This document shows, piece after piece, positions 37,320 to 49,262 of a stretch of 64,000 nucleotides of DNA. A program made the position numbers and the translations under genes. The DNA is taken from NCBI RefSeq assembly GCF_004010195.1, contig NC_057719.1:8906221-8970220 (forward strand), in the 5' to 3' direction. This DNA is from Chiloscyllium plagiosum (taxonomy: Eukaryota). How positions within the stretch are numbered: position 1 is the first letter of the stretch; each line of letters opens with the position of its first letter. Below the pieces are notes generated by a model. The model did no database searches and had not been told where the DNA came from. It worked only from the letters and a program-made list of their open reading frames with translations.

Positions 37320-37450
37320 TTTCTGAAGAAAGGCTTATGCCCGAAACATCGATTCTCCTGCTCCTTGGATGTTGCCTGACCTGCTGTGCTTTTCCAACAA
37401 CACATTTTTAAGCTCTGATCTCCAGCATCTGCAGTCCTCACTTTCTCCTA
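37320..37450 (+). mobile_element. Penelope pLTR-derived repeat with hammerhead-like core
   Basis: ctgaaga-aaggc-ttat-gccc-gaaac-atcgat-tc. Confidence 0.78.
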
Positions 37451-37698
37451 TACAGCTTCAAGTCACCAGCAGCATTTTTCAGATAATGCATTGGCACAAA
37501 AGAGCATTAATTTTAGGAAAGACGACTGAGGAATGGCTTGTTTAAGGCCTCAAAGGTTATGGAAGGTAGAGTTCACAAAAAAACTGCTGTGTTACAAGTC
37601 CAGTAACACAAACACCCATATTAATGATCCAAAGGAGACCAGTTCCAATCCTAGCCTGGCACTTTGAGAATTTAAGTTCCAACCAACCAAGACTACAA

Positions 37699-38009
37699 TT
37701 GATTAGATTCCCTACAGTATGGAAACAGGCCCTTCAGCCAAACAAGTCCATACCGACCTTTCGAAGAGTAACCCACACAGACCCAATCCCCATATTCACC
37801 ACTGACTATGGGCAACTTAGTATGACCAATTCACCTAACCTGCACATCTTTGGATTGTGGGAGGAAACCGGAACACCCAGAGGAAACCTACGCAGACACA
37901 GGGAAATTGTGCAAACTCCACACAGTCAGTTACCCAAGGCAGGAATTGAATCTGGGTCCCTAGTGCTGTGAGGCAGCAGTGCTAACCACTGAGCCACCGT
38001 GCCACCCAC
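37699..38009 (-). mobile_element. Full-length HE1-type SINE (3' partner of the U6 chimera)
   Basis: Minus strand starts gtgggtggcacggtggctcagtgg and ends gggaatctaatc. Confidence 0.9.
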
Positions 38010-38010
38010 T

Positions 38011-38112
38011 AAAATATGGAATGCTTCACGAATTTGCTTGTCATCCTTGTGCAGGGGCCATGCTAATTTTCTCTGTATTGTTCCAATTTTAGTATAAGTG
38101 CTGCCGAAGCAA
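38011..38112 (-). pseudogene. RNU6: U6 snRNA retrocopy, missing about the first 4-6 nt
   Basis: Minus strand GCTTCGGCAGCACTTATACTAAAATTGGAACAATACAGAGAAAATTAGCATGGCCCCTGCACAAGGATGACAAGCAAATTCGTGAAGCATTCCATATTTT. ACAGAGA box present; about 6 substitutions versus vertebrate U6, several at CpG sites. Confidence 0.95.
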
Positions 38113-38369
38113 TTCTAAATTCAGTAACGTGGCTGAGCAAACTACTCAGTCATATTCAAGAAGGTGACTCACCACTGCTGTCTCAAGGGCAATTAGGGAC
38201 GGGCCAGAAATGAAGGATTTGCCATTCTTGCCCACAAGCCCTGAATGTATTCAAGCAGACGTCAATCTATCACACAAGCCTCCTACTTACAAAGACTATA
38301 TGCCATCCCCCATGACTTGGGTTCCACTTGAAAGGCCTAAAATATGTCACTACCCACTTCCAAGATAAA

Positions 38370-38670
38370 TCGTGTTCAAAGTCTGTCCATCATCTACAAG
38401 GCACAAGTCAGGAGTGTGGTGGAATACTCCCCACTTGCCTGGATGGGTGCGGCCCTAATACCACTTCAGAAGCTTGACATCTTCCAGGACAAAGCAGCCC
38501 ACTTGATTGGCACCACATCCACAAGCATCCACTCCCTCCATCATTCACACTCAGTAGCAGCAGTACGTACTACCTACAAGATGCGCTACAGTAGCTCACC
38601 GAGGTCCCTTTGTTAGCACCTTTCAAACCCACGAGCTCTACTACCTAGAAGGGCAAGGACAGCAGAAAGC
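38370..38670 (+). mobile_element. Second CR1-group LINE family, ORF2 C-terminal fragment
   Basis: IYKAQVRSVVEYSPLAWMGAA...KLDIFQDKAAHLIG. Confidence 0.8.
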
Positions 38671-39656
38671 CTTCCATCAATACATAGCCCAGTTATTGTT
38701 GGCTTTCTTAGCTCTGCTGATAGAAAGCTAATTTTGCTCTTTAACCGTCCTTCACTGGTTGACACCACACCATTTTATTAGGTTACGTCTGGTGCTGACA
38801 GACCTAATGGCACTCTTTATTGGACCAGGCTCGGAGCACTGGGTTTGATGGTAACAGCAGAGTGAGGATCTGTCAGTCTATGAGGATACAGACTGTGGCA
38901 GAATACAATTCAGTGCATCTGATGGCTAATAGCACCTTGTTGATGCCCAGTTTTGGGGTGCTGGATCTCTTTGTGCCTATCCTATTCAGCGTGGTGGGCG
39001 TGCCACACAAACTGATGGTAGGTCAGCCTGAAGACACGATGCTGTGTGTGTAATTCCAGTGAAATGACGGCAAATGCCAACAAACTCATCAATACGTCAC
39101 AGGCTTTCCAGTCAATCACTGCTTTGGTGCACGATGCCTCACTGCCTCATCTCGAACGGTCCTAACTGTTGCCAATGCTCCAGACGTGACATGGCCATGT
39201 CTAAAGGTTAAGGGTGTTTGCTAAGAACTCATTTTGCAAGTATGCTTATCACATTCACACAGCAGAGTCCATTAAAATCAAACAGCAGAAGCATATCAAG
39301 GCTGCCATCTATTTCCAAGAGCTCTCATTATTTGGATTGAATAAACATGTTTTTGACCTGATGGCCTTTAAGGTCCTAACTGTGTCAAAATGGAGAGTGT
39401 TGCCACTTCTGAGTCAAAGCATAAGAACACAAGAACATTGAGAACTGAAGGAGGCCACTTTCCCTCGCTGTACCTCTACAATTAATCCCCCCCCCCGGTC
39501 TTTCAAAACCTATCATATTCACTGGGTGATCATCTGCAGCTCTCTGAGGGGTGTCATTGCAAAGATTCACAATGAGGGGCAACAGAAGGTGAACAGCCAA
39601 TGTCTTTTCTCCCAGGGTGGGGGAGTCCAAAAATAAAGGGCACTGGTTTAAGGTGA

Positions 39657-40311
39657 GAGAACATAGAACATAGAACATAGAAGAATACAGCGCAGTACAG
39701 ACCCTTTGGCCCTCGATGTTGCGCCGATCCAAGCCCACCTAACCTACACTAGCCCACTATCCTCCATATGCCTATCCAATGCACGTTTAAATGCCCATAA
39801 TGAAGGAGAGTCCACCACTGCTACTGGCAGGGCATTCCATGAACTCACGACTCGCTGAGTAAAGAATCTACCCCTAACATCTGTCCTATACCTACCCCCC
39901 CTTAATTTAAAGCTATGCCCCCTTGTAATAGCTGACTCCATACGAGGAAAAAGATTCTCACTGTCGACCCTATCTAAACCCCTAATCATCTTGTACACCT
40001 CTATCAAGTCACCCCTAAACCTTCTTTTCTCCAATGAAAACAGCCCCAAGTGCCTCAGCCTTTCCTCATACGATCTTTCTACCATACCAGGCAACATCCT
40101 GGTAAACCTCCTCTGCACCCGTTCCAGTGCCTCCACATCCTTCCTATAGTATGGGGACCAAAACTGCACACAATACTCCAGATGCGGCCGCACCAGAGTC
40201 TTATACAACTGCAACATGACCTCAGTACTCCGGAACTCAATTCCTCTACCAATAAAAGCCAGTACGCTATATGCCTTCTTCACCGCACTATTTACCTGGG
40301 TGGCAACTTTC
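39657..40311 (-). mobile_element. Young 5'-truncated CR1 with an uninterrupted ORF2 C-terminus, nested in an older plus-strand CR1 (39590-40577)
   Basis: Open frame from LKVATQV...VRPHLEYCVQFWSP to the stop at 39744. The host element is split at gtgaga|ggggaaag. Confidence 0.93.
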
Positions 40312-40804
40312 AAGGGGAAAGATTTAAAAAGGACACGAGGAATAAGCATAAGCTCTTTCACGCAGAGGGTGGTGTGTGTGTGAAATGAGCTGCCAGAACA
40401 AGTGGTAGAGGTGGCTGTAACTACAACATTTAAAAAATATTTGACCGGGTACATGAATAGCAAGGGTTTAGAGAAATATGGGTCAAACACAGCCAAATGG
40501 GATTACTTTAGTTTCGGATACCTGGACGAGTTGGACAGAAGGGTCCTGGTTCCTTGCTGTATGAATCTATGACTCTAAAATTGACTTGAGTGAAGAATGG
40601 TTTCTTAAAATTATCCAGTCCTAAATGACCAATCTTTTCTTCCAAGACCACAATCCTAGCCACAGGTGTCCTCCAAGCAGTGAACAGTTTCTCAGCATTT
40701 ACCAAGTCAAGCCCTTTAAGAATTTTATATGTTTCAACAAGGTCAGCACACATTTCCAATCTCCAGGGAAGTCATCTTGTTGATACAATGTCATCTCATA
40801 GGAT

Positions 40805-40955
40805 GTCATGATTTGGAGGTGCCAGTGTTGGATTGAGGTGTACAAAGTTACGAATCACACAACACCTTCATCACCTGATGAAGGAGCAGCCCTCTGAAAA
40901 CTAGTGCTTCCAGTTACACCTGTTGGACTATAGCCTGGTGTTGTGTGATTTGTAA
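40805..40955. mobile_element. Palindromic PLE-derived repeat (same family as 42464-42680), decayed
   Basis: ctgatgaaggagcagccctctgaaaactagtgcttcc core plus inverted arms. Confidence 0.75.
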
Positions 40956-41417
40956 TCTCATAGAACAATCCCCTCATTCCAGGAACTGTTCTAATGGTCC
41001 ATCAAAGATCTCGGGCAAAGATATCTTTCTTTAGATGAGGAGATTAAACCCACACACAGCATTCCCAGGTGAAGTCTCACCAAAGCCCTGTACACCCTTT
41101 AAAACCTAACCCTTTAAGGACCATTAGAAAGGATCCTGAATTAGGGGATTGTGCTATGAAATGGTTTCAAAGGGTCATTAAAGGAGAGAGTTGTGGAATG
41201 GTGATGAGGTGAAAGGCAGAAAACCCAGACAGAGGAAACAACACATGTCAGGTGTATAACTCATGACCATAACTTTGGGGACATCTAATCAGGGATGTGG
41301 GGCATGGTGGATTTTTTTGAGAGGTGGGTCTTGGATGATCTATGAGCAAGACTTCCAACTGAGAGTTCAAATGTATGGTCAATTATGCACTACAGTATAG
41401 AAAAGGAATCATGATTT

Positions 41418-42145
41418 CATAGAATCCCTACAGTCCAGAAAGAGGCCATTGAGTCTGTACCAACCCTACAAACAGCATCCCACCCAGACCTAACCCTGTA
41501 ACCCTACATTTCCCATGGCTAATCCACCACACCTGCACAACCCTGGATACTATGGGATAATTTAGCAAGGCCAATCCACCTAGCCTGCACATCCCTGGAC
41601 ACTATGGGGCAACTTAGCATGGCCATTCCACCTAGCCTGCACAACCCTGGACACTATGGGGCAATTTAGCATGACCAATCCACCTTGCCTGCACATCCCT
41701 GGACACTATGGGGCAATTTAGCTTGGTCAATCCACCTAGCTTGCATATCCCTGGACACTATGGGGCAATTTAGCATGGCCAATCCACCTAGCTTGCATAT
41801 CCCTGAACATTATGGGTCAATTTAGCATGGCCCATCCACCTAACCAGCACATCCCTGGACACTGTGGGGTATTTTAGCATGGCCCATCCACCCTAACCTA
41901 CACATCCCTGGACACGATGGGATGATTTACATGGCCCATTCATCCTAACCTACACATCCCTGGACACATGGGGTAATTTACATGTCCCATCCACCCTAAC
42001 CTGCACATCTTTAGATGTGCAAGGAAACCAGAGGAAACCCCTCGCAGACACAGGGCGAATGTACAAGCTCTATGCAGACGGTCACCCATGCGAGGAGTTG
42101 AACCCCAGAGTCCCTGGCACTGTGAAGCAGCAGGGCTGACCACTG
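41418..42145 (-). mobile_element. HE1-type SINE with a ~9-10-copy 52-bp internal minisatellite
   Basis: Unit cctgcacatccctggacactatggggcaatttagcatggccaatccacctag starts at 41532, 41584, 41636, 41688, 41740, 41792, 41844 and further downstream. Confidence 0.92.
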
Positions 42146-42463
42146 CAAAGGAACAATGATGCCGACTTGTAGCAAATGCAAAAGTCAAGGGCCAAATGAG
42201 GAGGAAAGAGAAGATCGACCTGAGCACAATTCCGAACAAAACTGCAGTGGGGATGGTGTGGGGGAGCAATCAGAAAGAAAATGGGGTTGATTGAGTCCTT
42301 TTGACTCACATATTTCATGCTTGAAATAGCATCGGGTTTCTGAAAGAATGGTATCTGAGTCAATAGAAGTACTGAATGTAAAATAGGACCAAATCATCGA
42401 CTCACAGCATGGGCCACAACCTCGAACTGAGTACCATTTAGAACCTTAAGTGTACTACTTAGA

Positions 42464-42680
42464 TAAAGTTAAAAATCACACAACACCAGGTTATAGTCCA
42501 ACAGGTTTAATTGGAAGCACACTAGCTTTCGGAGTGACGCTCCTTCATCAGGTAACTATCACCTGATGAAGGAGCGTCGCTCCGAAAGCTAGTGCTTCCA
42601 ATTAAACCTGTTGGACTATGTTGTGTGATTTTTAACTTTGTACACCCCAGTCCAACACTGGCATCTCCAAATCATGACGA
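42464..42680. mobile_element. Palindromic PLE-derived element with a hammerhead-like core on each strand
   Basis: Inverted arms of about 90 bp around aactatc. Plus-strand core ctgatga-aggagc-gtc-gctcc-gaaa at 42563-42587; mirror core at about 42526-42551. Confidence 0.8.
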
Positions 42681-44857
42681 CTTAGATAAGGTCTCAACGC
42701 TCGCCACACATTCCTAAATGTGTGAAGGTTTTACTGCACTAAGTGGGAGACGCACATGTGGGGTGGAACAGTAGTATAGTGGTTAGCCTCACAGTGCCCT
42801 CTAGAAGGACAAGGGCAGCAGATACATGGGAACACCACCACCTTTATGTTCCCCTCCAAGCCACTCACCATCTTTACTTGGAAATGTATCGCTGTTTCTT
42901 CACTGTTGCTGGGTCAACATCCTGGAATTCCTTTCCTAAGGGCATTGTGGGTCAACCTACAGCACTCGGACTGAGGTGGTTCAAGAAGGCAGTTCACCCC
43001 CATCTTCCCAAGGGTCAGGCAATAAATGCTGGCTTAGCCAGAGACAGCTTAGTCCCATGTTGAATAAATAAATAAATAAATCATTAAAGGGCTAATATGA
43101 TGCAAGGGAAACCACAGCTGAGCTCTCCCATCCTCCTTATTCATCCCCTAATTGCTCAATATTGGTTACCCACTAGGGATCATGTCATGCAGTGGTAGTG
43201 TCCCTAACTGTGTGCCAGTAAATCCCATGTTTAAGTCCTGCTTGCCTCCCTGCTAATTATATTTCTGAACAGTTCAATTAGAATTAGAATCCCCTTCTGT
43301 GCAGCTCGCTGGTGTGCTTGTTCCTATGTTTTTAGCTGAACATGTTGAAGCATGACTCCCTGAACTTCAGTCATGTCCCTCATGTCACTTCAGAACTTGG
43401 TGGGTACAGGAGGACTTCACCCTGCATATGATGTCGTCAAATTAAACTTGGGTTTGGCATGGACTATTCTTTGCTGGAAGATCTCTGCTTTTTTCAGAAT
43501 GAATACACTTGAACTGAATGGCTAAAAAAAAACTTCAATGTCTCTATTTCTAGCAAGGGGCAATTATGATGTATGAATTGAGTTTGCGTGTAATTGATGG
43601 AAAGGTTCCTTCAAAGATCAGGCACAGGTAGGACATAGTGATATATTAAGACTGATATGTGGTTAATGACAGTGTTGAGCTTGATGTTATTCTTATCTAC
43701 CCAATTTAACATTCAATTCAAAGTGACATTTAATTCACCCACCTAATGGTTCACTCTTGACGACTTTTTTTTTTCATATGACTCTTTCCCGTGAAATGTG
43801 TGATTGGGTTTTATTGTGAAAGTCCTGTCACATTTCCCAAGCATAAAGGATGGTGAGATATGAACGATTTGGAAAGTTGGAGGAATGGAAGACCTTAACA
43901 TTGGTGAGTAAAGAGGGAAAGATTTTGCTTCATGACTCTACGACTAACGTTTGGTTATTTATGGAGGGATATACAGGGAAGGAGAGTGACCAGTTTGCAT
44001 GGACACCCATCAGCAACTGAGTGGAAACTTCACCACGACTCATTCAGAAATCTGCATGGTTACAAGTTGTGTTTGACACATGTGAAATGCACGCTCCCAG
44101 CTCAAAGGGATCCACTCCCAAGAACGTAAGGAGTAGGAGCAAGATGAGAGTTATCTGTCCTGTCGAGGCTGCTCCATCACTCGATGTGATCTTTCACTTC
44201 AACTCCACTTCCCTGCCCACTCCTAATATCCTTTGATTCCCTAAGAGACCACAAATCTGTCTACAAGCGTTAGCTATACTCAACGGTGAAGCACCCACAA
44301 CCGTCAAAACATCACAAACTGTTCAGCAGAATAATTTCTCATCATCTCAGTTGTAAATGACTGGCTCCTTTTCCTGAGACTGTGCTCCCCATGTTTTAGA
44401 TTCCCCGACCAGAGGAGACAATCATTTGGAGCCCAATACTATCAAGCTCCTCCAGAATCCTGTAACTTTCAATCAGACCACTTCCTCATTCTGCAAGATC
44501 CCCAAGATTTACTAAAGTTTTCACCATAGCACTAAGCCTCCCATTTCGGGACTAATCTAGTGAATGTTCATCACACTGACTCCAATGTGAGTACACCTTC
44601 CCTTCAGTACAGAGGCCAAAACTGCACACAATATTCCAGAGGTAGTCTCTCCAAAGTCAATATGTCTGCTGGGAGCTGATGGGGATGAGCGAGGGTGAGA
44701 CAGAGAGATACACAGGACAGAAACAGACTCTTTGGTTGAACTCATCCATGCTGAAAAGATATCTTATATCAATCTAGTCCCATTTGCCAGCACTTGGCCC
44801 ATTTCCCTCCAAACCCTTCCTTTTCATATACCCATCCAGATGCCTTTTAAATGTTGT

Positions 44858-45945
44858 ACATAGAACATAGAACATAACAGCGCAGTACAGCCCTTTGGCC
44901 CTCGTTGTTGCGCCGACCTGTCATACCAATCTGAAGCCCATCTAACCTACACTATTCCATGTTCGCCCGTATGCTTGTCCAATGATGACTTAAATGTACT
45001 TAAAGTTAGCGAATCTACTACTGTTGGAGGCAAAGCATTCCATACCCTTACTACTCTCTGAGTAAAGAAACTACCTATGACATCTGTCCTATATCTGTCA
45101 CCCCTCAATTTAAAGCTATGCACCCTCGTGCTCACTGTCACCATTCTTGGAAAAAGGCTCTTCCTGTTCACCCCAGCTAACCCTCTGATTATCTTATATG
45201 TCTCAATTAAGTCACCTCTCAACCTTCTTCTCTCCAACAAAAACAGCCTCAAGTCCCTCAGCCTTTCCTCGTAAGACCTTCCCTCCATACCAGGCAACAT
45301 CCTAGTAAATCTCCTCTGCACCCTTTCCAAAGCTTCCACATCCTTCTTATAATGTGGTGACCAGAACTGTACACAATACTCCAAGTACAGCTGTAGCATA
45401 ACCTCATGGTTCTGGAACTCGATCCCTCTATTAATAAAAGCTAAAACACTGTATGCCTTCTTAACAACCCTGTCAACCTCGGTACCTGGATACCGAGATC
45501 TCTCTGCTCATCTACACTATCAAGAATAGCCCATTAGCCCAGTACTTTGCATTCCGGTTACTCCGACCAAAGTGAATCACCTCACACTTGTCCGCATTAA
45601 TCTCCATTTGCCACCTCTTAGCCCAGCTCTGCAGCTTATCTATGTCTCTCTATAACCTACAACATCCTTCATCACTACCCACAGTTCCACCGACCTTAGT
45701 GTCGTCTGCAAAGTTACTAACCCACCCTTCTACGCCCTCATCCAGGTCATTTATAAAAATGACGAACAGCAGTGGACACCGGTTTACTCTCATCTACCTG
45801 TTTGGTCACCTTCTCAAAGAACTCAATAAGGTTTGTGAGGCATGACCTACCCTTCACAAAACCATGCTGACTATCCCTAATCAAATTATTCTTTTCTGGA
45901 TGATTATAAATCCTATCTCTTATAACCTTTTCCAACACTTTACCA
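44858..45945 (-). mobile_element. 5'-truncated CR1 LINE with internal deletions, nested in an older CR1 3' end (44735-47095)
   Basis: SQHGFVKGRSCLTNLIEFFE, EYCVQFWSPHYKKDVEALERVQRRFTR and (TTCTATG)n tail. Confidence 0.92.
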
Positions 45946-46102
45946 ACATTGTACCAGCCTCTACCACTTCCTCTGGCAGCTCATTCCAAACATACACCAC
46001 CCTTTGCATGAAAACGTTGCCTCTTAGGTCCCTTTTATATCTTTCCCCTGTCACCCTAAACCTATGCCCTCTAGTTCTGGACTCCCCTACATCAGGGAAA
46101 AG

Positions 46103-47054
46103 GGGTTGGTGACAATTCGCCACGGCAGATTCGCAGCCGATGACTAGCCACTGCAAGTTCTCCACCAGCGTTTCTCCACTGGGGTCGTTTGACCTCTGTA
46201 GACTATTTGCCACCGGAAATATATGTACGTACTGATTGTTTTCCCTCCCGCCTGTTCTTTCATATTTCTCATTCCCCTTTATTTATACAACTACATACTA
46301 CATATTGATTAAAAAAAAGTAAAATAAATATCATTTTATTGGTTTATATATAAAAATGAGTTACAAACTTTAACCAGAAAAAGAAAAATATTTTAAAAAT
46401 CTTTATAATGGCAGTAAAATCTCACATTAATATTAAACAATGAAATTTTAGTTCATTTGATAGTTATGCACTATTCCTCTAAGATATTCCAAACAATCTC
46501 TTTCACCGTATTCAAGAACAATTTTTTGTTATCTATCATCTGTGCCTCCTATCATTCCTCTTTCATCAAATTATTTTCTTCATGCTGCTTGTCCTTGGTA
46601 AAGATGCTAGGACTGACTGAGAGACATCAGCTACATATTCGTTAATAAGAACACTATAAAAACACAATCGCCAAAACTTAATACTTGAATCACTCTTGGA
46701 CAGTTTATCAAAAACATATATAAAACTATCGTGGTAAAACATCTTATTTTCACGTTTACTAATAATTGTTGTTTCCATTTTGAAGACTTGAGGGTAAATG
46801 AAAAAAAAATACAAGCTTAAAAAAACTCTCCAGTAACGAAAATAAGTTGTTACTGAAACAACGCAAACACTACCTTAACCAATATAATGACAATTTTATA
46901 TAGTTTAGATATGCTTGTTCTCTAACATTTTAAACTTATTTGCAGTGGCGAATTGTCGTCAGTGGCTAATGGGCAGTGGCTAAGTGTCCTCAGTGGTCAA
47001 AGGGCAGTGGCTAATCATCAGGGGCGAATCTGCTGTGGCGAATGGTGCCATCCC
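46103..47054 (-). mobile_element. Non-autonomous Mutator-like (MULE, FLYWCH-type) DNA transposon, internal deletion derivative
   Basis: Perfect 9-bp TSD agggaaaag (46094-46102 and 47055-47063). Imperfect ~50-bp TIRs starting GGG. FLYWCH-like N-terminus (SKRENKMFYHDSFIYVFDK...KFWR) and C-terminal IVLEY...EYLRGIVHN remnant. Confidence 0.85.
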
Positions 47055-47734
47055 AGGGAAAAGACCTGATTTATTTACCTTATCCATGCCCCTCTCAAAC
47101 TCTCAATGTGCAATCCAACAGCATATGCAGGAGTTGAAAACCTTAATGAAGTTTTGTCCTCTTCAAAGCGAGACTTTCAGATTCTGCAGTTCTTATCACC
47201 TTAAAAATGGCAATTGGCTTTTATGGGATAGTGTGTCATAGAGCTGAACAGTTTGGAAACAGAACCATCGGTCCAGCTCATCCATGCCGACAAGATATCC
47301 TAAATTAATCTAGTCCCATTTGCCAGCATTTGGCCCATATCCCTCTAAACTCTCCCTATTCATATACCCATCCTGATGCCTTTTAAATGTAATTGCACCA
47401 GCCTTCATCACCTTCCTCTGGCAGCTGATTCCATGAACACATCACCCTCTGCATGAAAAAGTTGCTCCTTAGGTCCATTTTACATCTTTCCCCTCTCACC
47501 TTAAATCTATGCCTTCTGGTTTTGGACTCCCCTACTCTGATAGAGATTTTAAACCAGGCCCTTTCTCAACTCAGTACTTGGGTTGGGTGAGTAACATCGG
47601 GGCTGTTGCTTCAGATACTGAACACTTTGTATTGGACTAGAACAATAACAGATAGCTCTGTGCATTGCCAAACAACTAACAACTGTTTGTCAACCAGTCA
47701 AAGCTTATCAGTCTCTGCTGTGTGTTTGATCTTG

Positions 47735-48030
47735 TTTGATGGGCATCGAGGCTCCCAGGAGCTTAAGCTTTGGAATATATAGTGGAGATTGTTCCTCAAT
47801 ATAATTCATTCAGCTTTCCTGTGATGTTGAATTTGTCATGTATGACACTGTTTTGGGAAGTCTGTGAAAGATAGTTGTCCGAAAGCCTCACAGGTTATTG
47901 AACTGTGGAGGATATATACTCTCACTTGTACTTTGGGAATTCACTTTAGCCTTACTGTTTCTGCGTTTAGTTCTACTGGAAAATAAATCAATTAGTTTGG
48001 ACTGACACCCATTGGCAGGGCTGACAGGTG
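47735..48030. repeat. Left arm of a ~290-bp inverted duplication of unique sequence
   Basis: Reverse complement of 49408-49701. Confidence 0.93.
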
Positions 48031-48845
48031 AACATTTATTACCTTCAAGAAAAGATAGAAGATTGAGGAGATGCACAGTACAAAGATGGAGGGAGATAAC
48101 CCGACTTTTAACAGGGCCTTTTCACTTTGGGATGGGAGCTATTGTATTTGAACCATAAGATTGTAACAGTAAACTCTGCCTCTTTACTGGTTCCCCAGAT
48201 TTCCTGTTGCTTTTGAACAGGGTAAACAGAACTGCCATGCCTCCCAGTTCAGTCAATATCCCCATAGCTGGGTATAGTGCCTCTCCTGTCTATATGGGGC
48301 CACAGATGAATAGTTCTATTTTAATTCTTCCGTAGATGTGGACATTGCTGGGAAGGCCAGTGCTCACTGCCCATGCTGGCAATCTCAAATAAAAGCAGAA
48401 AGTGCCGGAGGGACTCAGCAGGTCTGGCAGCATCTGTACAGAGTGGAACCGAGTTAAAAGACTTCTTCAGAACTGAGAGTTCTGAACAGGAACTCCATAC
48501 TGGACCTGAAACTTTAACTTGCTTTCTCTCTCCTTGGATGCTGTCAGACCTGTTGAGTTTCTCCAGCATTTTCCCTGCTTTTATTCATTGTCACCCCAGA
48601 TTGTGCACGGGTTCAGTGCTTTGCCAGGGCTATTTCAAAGGGCAGTTAAGATTCAACCACATTGTTGCAGATTTCCGTCCCTCAAGACTTCAATGAACTA
48701 GATGGATTTTTACAGAGTTACAGAGTCATACAGCATTGAAGCACACTATTCGGTCCACCTAGTCCATGACAAACAAGTTTCCCAAACTAAACTAGTCCCA
48801 CTTGCCTGCATTTGAACCATATCTGTCTCAACTTTTCCTATTCAT

Positions 48846-48940
48846 GTTGAGGGTGTGGTGCTGGAAAAGCACAGCAGGTCAGGCAACATCCAAGGAGCAA
48901 GAGAATTGACGTTTCGGGCACAAGCCCTTCATCAGGAATT
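48846..48940 (-). mobile_element. Penelope pLTR-derived repeat with an intact hammerhead core
   Basis: Minus strand ctgatga-agggc-ttgt-gccc-gaaac-gtcaattc. Confidence 0.82.
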
Positions 48941-49169
48941 CCACATTCTTACTACTTCCTCATTCCACATACAAACTACCCTCTATATGAAAAAGTTGCC
49001 TTCAGGTTCCTTTTAAATAGAATTACAGAGCTGTACAGCACGGAAACAGACCCTTCAGTCCAACTCGTCCATCCTAACTTAATCTAGTCCCATTTGCCAG
49101 CACTTGGCCCATATCCTTCTCAGCCTTTCCTTTTCATATACGCATCCAGATGCCTTTTAAATGTTGGTC

Positions 49170-49262
49170 AAAGAATGTGGTGCTGGAAAAGTGCAGCTGA
49201 TCAGGCAGCATCCGAGGAGCAGGAGAGTCGACGTTTTGGGCACAAGCCCCTCATCAGGAATG
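49170..49262 (-). mobile_element. Penelope pLTR-derived repeat; hammerhead core with GAAA changed to AAAA
   Basis: Minus strand ctgatga-ggggc-ttgt-gccc-aaaac-gtcgac, inserted in a CR1 3' fragment. Confidence 0.8.

Noticed and set aside
38011..38112. Functional U6 gene
   Set aside because: 5' nucleotides are missing, CpG-type substitutions are present, no upstream TATA/PSE is evident, and it is fused to a SINE.
41500..42010. Regularly spaced repeats as a CRISPR-like array
   Set aside because: Units are contiguous with no unique spacers and derive from a SINE in a vertebrate genome.
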